A stretch of 64,000 nt of DNA from the NCBI GenBank assembly GCA_964537035.1, contig CAZIAK010000002.1, positions 32,901-96,900 on the forward strand, in the 5' to 3' direction. Position numbers and translations under genes: made by a program. The notes below the pieces were generated by a model. That model had not been told where the DNA came from. It saw only the letters and a program-made list of their open reading frames with translations, and did not search any database. Source of the stretch: an uncultured Phycisphaerales bacterium (GTDB taxonomy: Bacteria > Planctomycetota > B15-G4). Positions 56,265 to 64,000 of this stretch are shown piece after piece. Every line of letters starts with the position of its first letter. Positions within the stretch are counted from its first letter, which is position 1.

Positions 56265-57713
56265 CTACTCGAACAGGGAGCGAGCGCCCGTGTTGGCCGC
56301 CTCGACGAGAGGGTTCATGAAGACGCCCAAGGCGAAGGTCACCAGGATCGCGCCGTAGAGCACCAGGCGAGACGGCCCCGAGATCTCCAGGACGCTCTCG
56401 TCCTTCGGCTCGCGAAAGTAGATGCGCTTGAGGATGCACAGATAGTAGTAGAGCGAGACCACGATCATGACCAGGCTGAGGATCACCACCGGCAGCAGGC
56501 TGGGGTCGTGCACCGCTGCGCGCAGGATCATGAACTTGGCGAAGAAGCCGCTGAACGGAGGCACGCCCGCCAGGGACAGCATGGACACGGTCATGGCGAA
56601 GGCCAGGAACGGCGAGCGCTCGGCCAGGCCGTTGACGCGATCCATGTGCGAGTTGTCGGCGGTGCGGGACACGATGATGATGACCAGGAAGGCCAGCATG
56701 TTCGTGAACAGGTAGGCCACCATGTAGAACATCATGGCGCTGGCAGAGGCTTCGCTGTGCACGGCCAAGGCGAGCAGCAAGAAGCCCGCGTGGGAAATGC
56801 CGGAGTAGCCCAGGAAGCGCTTCAGGTCGGTCTGGCTGATGGCGCCCAGGTTGCCCATGAGCAGGGTCAGCACCGCCAGGCCGGCGAGCACCGTGGCCCA
56901 TTGACCTGCGGCCGGTCCCATGACCGTGTAGACGAGGCGCATGAGCAAGACCACGCCGGCGCCCTTGCTACCCACGGACAAGAAGGCGGTGACGGGTGTG
57001 GGAGCGCCCTGGTAGACGTCAGGAATCCAGACGTGGAAGGGCACGGCGCCGATCTTGAAGCCCAGCCCCACCAGCACCAGCAGCATGCCGAACTTGAGCG
57101 TGGCGGACACCGGCCCGGCAGACTGGAGCACAGTGGCCACACCGGCGAAGTCGAGGGAGCCCGTACCGCCGTAGACGAAGGCCGTGCCGTAGACCAGGAA
57201 GGCCGCCGCGACGGCGCCGATGATCACGAACTTGATGCCCGCCTCGATGGAGCGAGGCAGCCCCGCTCGCCAGGCCGTCATGAGGAACAAGGTCACCGTG
57301 ACCAGCTCAAGGGACACGAACAGGCTGACGAAATCGTTCACCGAGGCCAGCATGCTCATGCCCATGGTGGTGAACACGAGCATGGCCAGGAACTCGCCGC
57401 GCCCAGCGGGCAGGCGGGCCTCGTAGGGCGCCGAGATCAGCACGGTCAGCAAGGCCGTGGCGACGAAGAAGCGCTTGAAGAAGATGGCGAAGGTGTCGAG
57501 GGTGCCGCAGGCCAAGGTGTCGGCCACGGGCTCCAGGGTGAAGGTCTGCAGCAGGATCAGTGCCAGCCCCCCCATGGCCACGAGGCGCACCATGTCGCTG
57601 GGCCCGGTGAGCCGACCCCGGCCGACCACCAGGTCGACGGTGATCAGCACGAGGGCCAGCAGGCCCAGCCAGGCCTCGGTACCAAAGACCGTGAAGAACT
57701 GAGTGGTATCCAT
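56265..57713 (-). CDS. nuoN: NADH-quinone oxidoreductase subunit N
   Basis: MDTTQFFTVFGTEAWLGLL... polytopic antiporter-like subunit in the operon position after nuoM. Confidence 0.9.
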   Translation of the reverse strand: MDTTQFFTVFGTEAWLGLLALVLITVDLVVGRGRLTGPSDMVRLVAMGGLALILLQTFTLEPVADTLACGTLDTFAIFFKRFFVATALLTVLISAPYEARLPAGRGEFLAMLVFTTMGMSMLASVNDFVSLFVSLELVTVTLFLMTAWRAGLPRSIEAGIKFVIIGAVAAAFLVYGTAFVYGGTGSLDFAGVATVLQSAGPVSATLKFGMLLVLVGLGFKIGAVPFHVWIPDVYQGAPTPVTAFLSVGSKGAGVVLLMRLVYTVMGPAAGQWATVLAGLAVLTLLMGNLGAISQTDLKRFLGYSGISHAGFLLLALAVHSEASASAMMFYMVAYLFTNMLAFLVIIIVSRTADNSHMDRVNGLAERSPFLAFAMTVSMLSLAGVPPFSGFFAKFMILRAAVHDPSLLPVVILSLVMIVVSLYYYLCILKRIYFREPKDESVLEISGPSRLVLYGAILVTFALGVFMNPLVEAANTGARSLFE

Positions 57714-57721
57714 GCCTTCAG

Positions 57722-59239
57722 TCACATTCCGGAGTTCAGGGCAGCTTCGGCGGCGAGCAAGGTGTTCACCAGAGGCTCGATACCAGTCGAGATGAGGTCG
57801 ACCAGCGGGTACGGGTAGAAGCCGAACAGCATCAGCACGCCGAGCAGCAAGAAGAACGGCGCCCGCTGCAGGGGGGTCTTGGCGTCCTCGAGCTTCTCCC
57901 ACTTGGGGTCCATCTCGCCCAGGAACGACTCGCGCACCGTTCGCAGCAGATAGGTCGCGCCGATCACGAGGCCGAACACGCCCAGGATCACCGCCACCGG
58001 GTAGCGCTCCCAGGTGCCCACGAGCACCAGCAGCTCGGCGGCGAAGTTGGCGAAGCCAGGCAGGCCCAGGGAGGCCATGGCCATCATCATGAAGCAGATG
58101 CCCACGAAGGGGATCTGCTTCATCAGGCCGCCCAGGTCGTCGAGCATGCGCGTGTGGGTCTGCTCGTAGAAGAAGCCGATGAGCGAGAAGGCCAGGGCCG
58201 TCATGACGCCGTGGGCGAACATCAAGAACACCGCGCCGTCCAGCCCCATGACCGAGATGGAGGCGATGCCCAGGAGCACGTAGCCCATGTGGCTCGAGCT
58301 GCTGTAGCCGATGACGAACTTCATGTCCCGCTGGTTCATGGCGACCAGGCCGCCATAGATGATGTTGAAGCAGCAGAGCACGGCCACCACGGGCAGCCAG
58401 ATGACGGCGCCCTCGGGGAGGATCGGCAGGGCGATGCGGATGATCGCGTAGCTACCGAGCTTCATCAGCACACCGGCGTGCATCATCGAGGCCGCAGACG
58501 GGGCCGCCGCGTGTCCACCGGGAGACCAGGTATGCAGGGGCCACATGGGCGCGATCGTGGCGAAACCCACGAGCAGCAGGGGGAACATGAGGCGCTGATC
58601 GGCTACATCGAGCCCGCCGCCAGCCTTCACCGCATCGAGGATGGCTACCAGATCAAAGGTGGGCTCGGCGGTGATCCCGGAGAAGTAGAGCATGAGCAAG
58701 CCGAGCAAGGCCACCACCGCTCCCGCTGTGAGATACAGCGTGAGCTTCATGGTGGCGTACTCGCGGTTCGTGCTGCCCCAGTACCCGATCAACAGGTACA
58801 TGGGCACCACGGCCAGCTCGTAGAAGAAGTAGAAGAAGAACAGATCGAGGGACAAGAACACCCCGAACACGCCTGCCACCAGGGCGTTGAGCAGGATGAA
58901 GAAGTCCTTGCTGCGATCGTCGATGAAGCACGAGACCAGGCCACCGGCCAGATAGACGATGGAGGTGAGCATCACCATGGCGATGCTCACGCCGTCGACC
59001 CCGAGCTGATACGAGATACCTAGCGACGGCACCCAGTCGACGCGGAACAGGTACTGGAAGCCTGCCAGGTCCCGGTCGTAGTCGAAGAACAGCTTGACGG
59101 CCAGGCCCACTGTCACCAGCGCCGAGGCCACACTGAGCTGACGGATCAGCGTCTTGCGCTCAGCCGGGATGAAGAAGACCACAACGGTGGCCAGCACCGG
59201 CAGCAGCAGGATGATGTTGAGGATGTGCGTCTCGAGCAT
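57722..59239 (-). CDS. nuoM: NADH-quinone oxidoreductase subunit M
   Basis: MLETHILNIILLLPVLATVVVFFIP... 505 aa in the NuoM/ND4 family. There is a 4-nt gap to nuoL. Confidence 0.9.
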   Translation of the reverse strand: MLETHILNIILLLPVLATVVVFFIPAERKTLIRQLSVASALVTVGLAVKLFFDYDRDLAGFQYLFRVDWVPSLGISYQLGVDGVSIAMVMLTSIVYLAGGLVSCFIDDRSKDFFILLNALVAGVFGVFLSLDLFFFYFFYELAVVPMYLLIGYWGSTNREYATMKLTLYLTAGAVVALLGLLMLYFSGITAEPTFDLVAILDAVKAGGGLDVADQRLMFPLLLVGFATIAPMWPLHTWSPGGHAAAPSAASMMHAGVLMKLGSYAIIRIALPILPEGAVIWLPVVAVLCCFNIIYGGLVAMNQRDMKFVIGYSSSSHMGYVLLGIASISVMGLDGAVFLMFAHGVMTALAFSLIGFFYEQTHTRMLDDLGGLMKQIPFVGICFMMMAMASLGLPGFANFAAELLVLVGTWERYPVAVILGVFGLVIGATYLLRTVRESFLGEMDPKWEKLEDAKTPLQRAPFFLLLGVLMLFGFYPYPLVDLISTGIEPLVNTLLAAEAALNSGM

Positions 59240-59242
59240 GAG

Positions 59243-61165
59243 TCAGAGGTTCAGCGCGAGGAGGGCGGCCACACCGGCGACGAACAACAGCGCGTAGGTG
59301 CGGACCGATCCGGATTGATAGCGGGCAACAACGGCGCCAGTGGCCCGCGTCATCCATGAGGTGCCGTTCACCAGGCCGCTGATGATCACGAGGCGGTCGA
59401 AACCATCGCAGAGCCGAGCGAAGTTCTGCTGGATGTGCTCGACGATCCAGGCGAACAGATCGTCGACGTACCAGCGGTTGTCGAAGAGACGATGCACCGG
59501 CCCGAGCAGTTGCTTGATGCTCTCGGGATCGATGACCTTGATGCCGAAGGCCAAGAACGCCGCGCCCGCACCGACCACGAAGATCAGCAAGGCGTGAATC
59601 ACCGTGTGCATGTCGCCGTGGATGTGCTCGAAGGAGCCGATGGCCTCGGGTCGGGTCACCGTGCGGAACGAGTCGAGCACACCCGAACTGAACATCAGCG
59701 GGCCTGCGATCACTGCCAGCACGCAGAGCACGGCCATGGGCATCCACATGAGCTTGGCCGTCTCGTGGGGATGGCCGTGGTAGCGAGGCTTGCCCCAGAA
59801 GGTCAGGAACATCAGCCTGAACATGTAGTAGCTGGTGAGCACCGCGGTGATCGTGGGCAGCCACTGGATGAACACGTTGTGGGCGTACTCAGGAGGATGC
59901 TGGGTCAGGTGCAGGATGCCGTCCTTGCTCCAGAAGCCCGACAGGGGCGGCACGCCGCAGAGCGCCAGGGTGCCGATCAAGAACAGCCAGGCGGTGATGG
60001 GCATGGCCTTGAACAGCCCGCCCATCTCGCGGATGTCGTTGGTGTGCACCGAGTGGATCACCGCGCCCGCGCCCAGGAACAGCAGGGCCTTGAAGAAGGC
60101 GTGGGTGGTCAGGTGGTACATGGCCACATCGGGCCCGCCCAGCCCCACGGCCATGACCATGTAGCCCAGCTGGGACAGGGTCGAGAAGGCCAGGATGCGT
60201 TTGATGTCGAACTGGGTCGTGGCAATGGTCGCGGCGAAGAAAGCCGTGAACATGCCCAGGTGGGCCACGATGGACATGGCCGTCGGGCTGGGGGTGTAGA
60301 TGAAGAAGATGCGCGTGAGCAAGAAGACACCAGCGGCCACCATGGTCGCGGCATGAATGAGCGCCGACACGGGGGTCGGGCCTTCCATGGCGTCGGGCAG
60401 CCAGACGTGCAGGGGGAACTGGGCGCTCTTGCCCATCACACCCATGAGCGTCAGCGCTCCGGCGACCCACAAGAAGTGCTCGCCGGTCATGGTCCAGCCC
60501 GCCTCGCCACCCACCTGAAAGAAGGTGCGCTGCAAGAAGTCGGTGTGATTGACCACGTCGCCCATGGCGCTGAAGCTGGCCGTGCCCGTGGCGAAGACCA
60601 GCATCAGGATGCCGATCATGAAGCCGAAGTCGCCCACCCGGTTGGTCAGGAAGGCCTTGTTGCTGGCCGCCGACGCGGACGGCTTGCGGTAGTAGTAGCC
60701 GATCAGCAGGTAGCTGCTCACGCCCACCAGCTCCCAGTGAATGAACACCTGGAAGAAGTTGTCGGCGAGCACGATGCCCAGCATCGAGAAGATGAACAGG
60801 GACAGGCAGCCGAAGAAGCGCGCGATGCCCTCGTCGCCGTCCATGTAGCCGATGGCGTAGATGTGGATCAGCCCGCCCACGCCCAGCACGACCATGAGCA
60901 TGATCATGGACAAACCGTCGATCATCAGCCCGTACTGGAAGGCGAACGCACCGGCCTCCATCCAGGTGAACGATCGGGCCAGGACGAAGTCGCCGCCCCC
61001 TGCCAGGACATCAGGCAGGTAGCTGGCGGCGATGGCAAAGGACGTCCAGACCGCAGCGAGGGAGACCCCGATGCTGACCTTCGCGTTCTTGTGCAGACCA
61101 AAGGCGATCGCCGCCGCTGAGATCAGCGGCAGAAACAAGATCAGCCAGGGACCGAGGTTTTCCAT
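59243..61165 (-). CDS. nuoL: NADH-quinone oxidoreductase subunit L
   Basis: MENLGPWLILFLPLISAAAIAF... 640 aa in the NuoL/ND5 family. Confidence 0.9.
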   Translation of the reverse strand: MENLGPWLILFLPLISAAAIAFGLHKNAKVSIGVSLAAVWTSFAIAASYLPDVLAGGGDFVLARSFTWMEAGAFAFQYGLMIDGLSMIMLMVVLGVGGLIHIYAIGYMDGDEGIARFFGCLSLFIFSMLGIVLADNFFQVFIHWELVGVSSYLLIGYYYRKPSASAASNKAFLTNRVGDFGFMIGILMLVFATGTASFSAMGDVVNHTDFLQRTFFQVGGEAGWTMTGEHFLWVAGALTLMGVMGKSAQFPLHVWLPDAMEGPTPVSALIHAATMVAAGVFLLTRIFFIYTPSPTAMSIVAHLGMFTAFFAATIATTQFDIKRILAFSTLSQLGYMVMAVGLGGPDVAMYHLTTHAFFKALLFLGAGAVIHSVHTNDIREMGGLFKAMPITAWLFLIGTLALCGVPPLSGFWSKDGILHLTQHPPEYAHNVFIQWLPTITAVLTSYYMFRLMFLTFWGKPRYHGHPHETAKLMWMPMAVLCVLAVIAGPLMFSSGVLDSFRTVTRPEAIGSFEHIHGDMHTVIHALLIFVVGAGAAFLAFGIKVIDPESIKQLLGPVHRLFDNRWYVDDLFAWIVEHIQQNFARLCDGFDRLVIISGLVNGTSWMTRATGAVVARYQSGSVRTYALLFVAGVAALLALNL

Positions 61166-61179
61166 CTCGATCGACTCCC

Positions 61180-61503
61180 CTACCAGCGCAGGTTGGCCAC
61201 GTCGTCGACGTTGACCGTGTCCAAGCGCCGAAACAGCGCCATGGCGATCACCAACGCGACGGCCGCCTCGGCGGCAGCGACGGCGATGGTGAAGAAGACA
61301 AACACCTGGCCGTCCGGTCCTACGCCATCAGGACTGGCGGCCACGATGTACTTGTTGAAGGCGACCAACGCCACGTTGGCACCGTTGAGCATGATCTCGA
61401 CCGACATGAGCACCAGGATCACGTTGCGACGCATCATCACGCCGCACAGACCCAGGGTGAACAACATGCCCGAGAGGATCAGATAGTGTTCGAGGGGGAT
61501 CAT
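61180..61503 (-). CDS. nuoK: NADH-quinone oxidoreductase subunit K
   Basis: MIPLEHYLILSGMLFTLGLCGVMMRRNVILVLMSVEIMLNGANVALV. The ATGA overlap with nuoJ is an operon signature. Confidence 0.9.
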   Translation of the reverse strand: MIPLEHYLILSGMLFTLGLCGVMMRRNVILVLMSVEIMLNGANVALVAFNKYIVAASPDGVGPDGQVFVFFTIAVAAAEAAVALVIAMALFRRLDTVNVDDVANLRW

Positions 61504-61994
61504 GCCGCGGCCTTCCTTCGGCTGAGGACGACGGTGCCCAGGACGGCGGCCAGCAACAGGGCCGACACCGCCTCGAAGGGGATCACATAGCCGGTGAACA
61601 GCGTCTCGGCGATGGCGCCGGGCGTGCCCACCACCCCGTTGGGCTGATCGGCGTTGACCGCCGGGCCCAGGTCACCCACCGCGCGACCCAGCATGACCAG
61701 GAAGGTGCCCGCGGCCAGCAACGCGAAGGGCGACCAGCGCAGGCCCTCGGCCTCTTCGGCGCGCAGGTTGATCATCATGATCACGAACAAGAACAAGACC
61801 ATGATCGCGCCGGCGTAGACCAGCACCTCGACCGTGGCGATCAGGAACGCATCCAGCAGCACGAAGATCGCGGCCGTGGCGGCGAACGACAAGATCATCC
61901 ACAGCGAGCTGTAGACAGGGTTCTTGACGGTCAGGGTCAGCATGGTGGCCAGCACGGCCACCCCGCCAAAGACGTAGAACAACAGGGCTTCCAT
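61500..61994 (-). CDS. nuoJ: NADH-quinone oxidoreductase subunit J
   Basis: MEALLFYVFGGVAVLATMLTLTVKNPVYSSLWMILSF... 164 aa. Confidence 0.9.
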   Translation of the reverse strand: MEALLFYVFGGVAVLATMLTLTVKNPVYSSLWMILSFAATAAIFVLLDAFLIATVEVLVYAGAIMVLFLFVIMMINLRAEEAEGLRWSPFALLAAGTFLVMLGRAVGDLGPAVNADQPNGVVGTPGAIAETLFTGYVIPFEAVSALLLAAVLGTVVLSRRKAAA

Positions 61995-61995
61995 C

Positions 61996-62553
61996 TCAGT
62001 GCGCCCCTCCGCCGTCGGTGTTCTTGTGCTTCCATTTCTGGATCGGGTCGAGGCGCGTGCCGCCCACCTCGTAGAGCCTGGGCTTGTCGTGCACCAGCTC
62101 TTGTCGCGTGGCCGCGTTCAGCTCGTACTCACCGGTCATGAAGATCGCCTCCTCGGGGCAGATCTCCTCGCAGTAGCCGCAGTAGATGCAGCGCAGCATG
62201 TCGATGTAGAACTCCTGCGGAGCCTTCTCGATCTCGCTGTAGTCGTAGGAGCTGGCGCTCTCTTCAACGCCCGCCGCTTCACCGGGAATGATCACGATGG
62301 CCTTGGGCGGGCAGATGTACTCGCACAGCTGACAGCTGACGCACTTCTCGCGGCCGTCCTGATCTTTGACCAGCCCCGGCGCGCCCCGGTAGTCATCTTG
62401 GATGACCGGCCGCTCTTCGGGGTACTGCAGCGTGATGGTCGGCTCGAACATCTGCTTGAAGGTCCGGCTGAGGCCCTCGGCGATGGCCGGCAGGTAGAGC
62501 TCCTCCCAGAAGCTCAGCTTGCGGCGGTCGACAACAATAGCCATGTCACTCAC
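61996..62553 (-). CDS. nuoI: NADH-quinone oxidoreductase subunit I (two 4Fe-4S ferredoxin motifs)
   Basis: CVSCQLCEYICP and CIYCGYCEEICP. Confidence 0.9.
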   Translation of the reverse strand: MSDMAIVVDRRKLSFWEELYLPAIAEGLSRTFKQMFEPTITLQYPEERPVIQDDYRGAPGLVKDQDGREKCVSCQLCEYICPPKAIVIIPGEAAGVEESASSYDYSEIEKAPQEFYIDMLRCIYCGYCEEICPEEAIFMTGEYELNAATRQELVHDKPRLYEVGGTRLDPIQKWKHKNTDGGGAH

Positions 62554-63598
62554 CTCCCATCAGGACCTGCACCAGGCCGGTCAGGACGATGTTCAGCAAG
62601 CCGAGGGGCAGCAGAACTTTCCAGCCCAAGTGCATGAGCTGATCGAAACGGAAGCGCGGAATGGTGAAGCGCACCCAGACGTAAAAGAACAGAAAGAAGA
62701 AGGTCTTGAGCAGGAACGCGCCCATGCCCAACAGCGAGCCCCAGTTGCCCATGGCCTCGAAGGTCGATTGGGACACAAAGGGAATGGCCCAGCCGCCCAG
62801 GAAGAGCACGGCGATCAGGCAGCTGAAGACCCACATGGCCACGTACTCGCCCGCGAAGAACATGGCGAACTTCATCGAGCTGTATTCGGTGTGGTAACCG
62901 GCCACCAGCTCGGTCTCGGCCTCGGGCAGATCGAAAGGCAGGCGGTTCGTCTCGGCGAAGGCCGCGATGACGAAGATGACGAAGCCGATGGGCTGGCTGA
63001 AGATGTTCCAGTTCAACAAGTTGCCCTGCTGCTGCATCACCACGTCGGTGAGCCGCAGGGTCTCGGACTCCATGAACACGCCGACCACGCACAACCCGAG
63101 ACAGAGCTCGTAGCTGATCATCTGGGCCGAGCTGCGCACCCCACCCATGAGCGGGTACTTGCTGTTGCTGGCCCAGCCCGCAAAGGTGATGCCGTAGACC
63201 GCCAGGCTGCTGAAGGCGAAGACGAACAGGATGCCCACGTCGAGGTCGGCGATGACCATCTGCACTTCGCGGCCCAGCACTTCGACCGGCGGCGCGAAGG
63301 GCACCACGGCCAGCACGAGCAACGCGGGCATGACCGCCAGGGCCGGCGCCAGGGTGAACAGCACCCGGTCGACGTGGCGAGGCGTGAGGTCCTCCTTGAA
63401 GAAGAACTTCAGGCTGTCGGCGATGGGCTGCAGGATGCCTGCGTAGCCCACGCGGTTCGGGCCCACCCGATCTTGCATCCAGGCCGAGACCTTGCGCTCG
63501 ACCAGGGGCATGAAGGCCGCCAGCACCAACCCGATGTGGGTGAAGAGGACAATCTTCGTCAGGTTGGCGACGATGTTGAAGATCAGGTCGTCGCTCAC
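62546..63598 (-). CDS. nuoH: NADH-quinone oxidoreductase subunit H
   Basis: ...MQDRVGPNRVGYAGILQPIADSLKFFFKED... in the NuoH/ND1 family. Confidence 0.9.
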   Translation of the reverse strand: MSDDLIFNIVANLTKIVLFTHIGLVLAAFMPLVERKVSAWMQDRVGPNRVGYAGILQPIADSLKFFFKEDLTPRHVDRVLFTLAPALAVMPALLVLAVVPFAPPVEVLGREVQMVIADLDVGILFVFAFSSLAVYGITFAGWASNSKYPLMGGVRSSAQMISYELCLGLCVVGVFMESETLRLTDVVMQQQGNLLNWNIFSQPIGFVIFVIAAFAETNRLPFDLPEAETELVAGYHTEYSSMKFAMFFAGEYVAMWVFSCLIAVLFLGGWAIPFVSQSTFEAMGNWGSLLGMGAFLLKTFFFLFFYVWVRFTIPRFRFDQLMHLGWKVLLPLGLLNIVLTGLVQVLMGGE

Positions 63599-64000
63599 GA
63601 GTCAGCCGCCACCAAAGGGGTCTGCGTGGAGCGATCAGCGAGCCACGCGTTCATCTCAGCAGTCACGTAGCGCACCGAAGGCCAGTCTTCGACCTTCTTG
63701 GACAGCTCTCGCCAGAGGGCCCAGTCTTCGGGCACGCCGTCTCCCGGATCGACCGCCGGTGCGATGGCCTGGGCCAGGCCTGCGCTGTTGACCCAGGTGC
63801 CCTTCTTCTCCACCGCGGTGCGAGCGGGCAAGACGATGACCGCCGCTTCAGTCGTCAGGGCGCTCTCCTGCACAGCCTGCATGACCAGGAAGTCGAGGTC
63901 GGCCAGCAGAGCAGGAGGCACTTCCACATCGCCAGAGACGATCAGGCCGCGCAGGGCGGGGCCATCGCCCGGCACGGGCTCGTAGCCCAGCTGCTGCGCG
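63595..64000 (-). CDS. nuoG: NADH-quinone oxidoreductase subunit G, C-terminal part (the gene continues beyond the window end)
   Basis: C-terminal molybdopterin-oxidoreductase-like region. There is a 4-nt overlap with nuoH. Confidence 0.8.
   Translation of the reverse strand, partial: AQQLGYEPVPGDGPALRGLIVSGDVEVPPALLADLDFLVMQAVQESALTTEAAVIVLPARTAVEKKGTWVNSAGLAQAIAPAVDPGDGVPEDWALWRELSKKVEDWPSVRYVTAEMNAWLADRSTQTPLVAADS

Noticed and set aside
59435-63670. Long plus-strand ORFs opposite nuoL and nuoH
   Set aside because: They are antisense to canonical complex I membrane subunits.

Overview
This is a 64 kb stretch of a high-GC (about 68-70%) bacterial chromosome. The gene content suggests a Myxococcota-like deltaproteobacterium: it has a fused MFS/spermidine-synthase gene, many lipoproteins and secreted repeat proteins, hybrid histidine kinases and sulfatase-fold paralogues. 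I call about 48 protein-coding genes and one tRNA-Arg(CCG). I find no rRNA, CRISPR array, transposase or integrase. The 3' end of the window (56.2-64.0 kb, minus strand) is the distal part of the respiratory complex I operon, nuoG (partial), H, I, J, K, L, M, N, followed by an M28/PDZ lipoprotein peptidase. Other housekeeping genes are trmFO, recQ, apaH, plsC, a YciA-like thioesterase, a fused 5-oxoprolinase, a HIT protein and an LplT-PlsC-Aas triple fusion. The more unusual content is: (1) a ferritin-like diiron protein, a NodU/CmcH carbamoyltransferase, a Zn-ribbon SAM-methyltransferase and an SxtK-like (DUF5989) small membrane protein in one neighbourhood; (2) a His/Cys-rich lipoprotein, a TIGR00300 (LOR/SDH-like) enzyme and a fused MFS/spermidine-synthase gene in one co-directional block; (3) two paralogous sulfatase-fold proteins in which the formylglycine Cys and the Arg of the C-x-P-x-R motif are replaced by Thr and His; (4) an orphan 2198-aa alpha-2-macroglobulin lipoprotein with a GATDN x7 tandem array; (5) a dispersed palindromic intergenic repeat family (a perfect 20-bp inverted repeat at 54.6 kb and related copies at 40.0 kb) plus a 36-bp tandem duplication; (6) several secreted repeat proteins (a Gly/Ser-rich one of lower GC, a TSP3-like Ca-binding duplicated protein next to the tRNA, and a six-blade propeller). 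Because of the high GC, many long antisense shadow ORFs appear in the six-frame track; I judged these spurious. Coordinates for internal start codons were derived from the ORF-track coordinates. Features I read directly from the sequence (tRNA, repeats) may be off by 1-2 nt.
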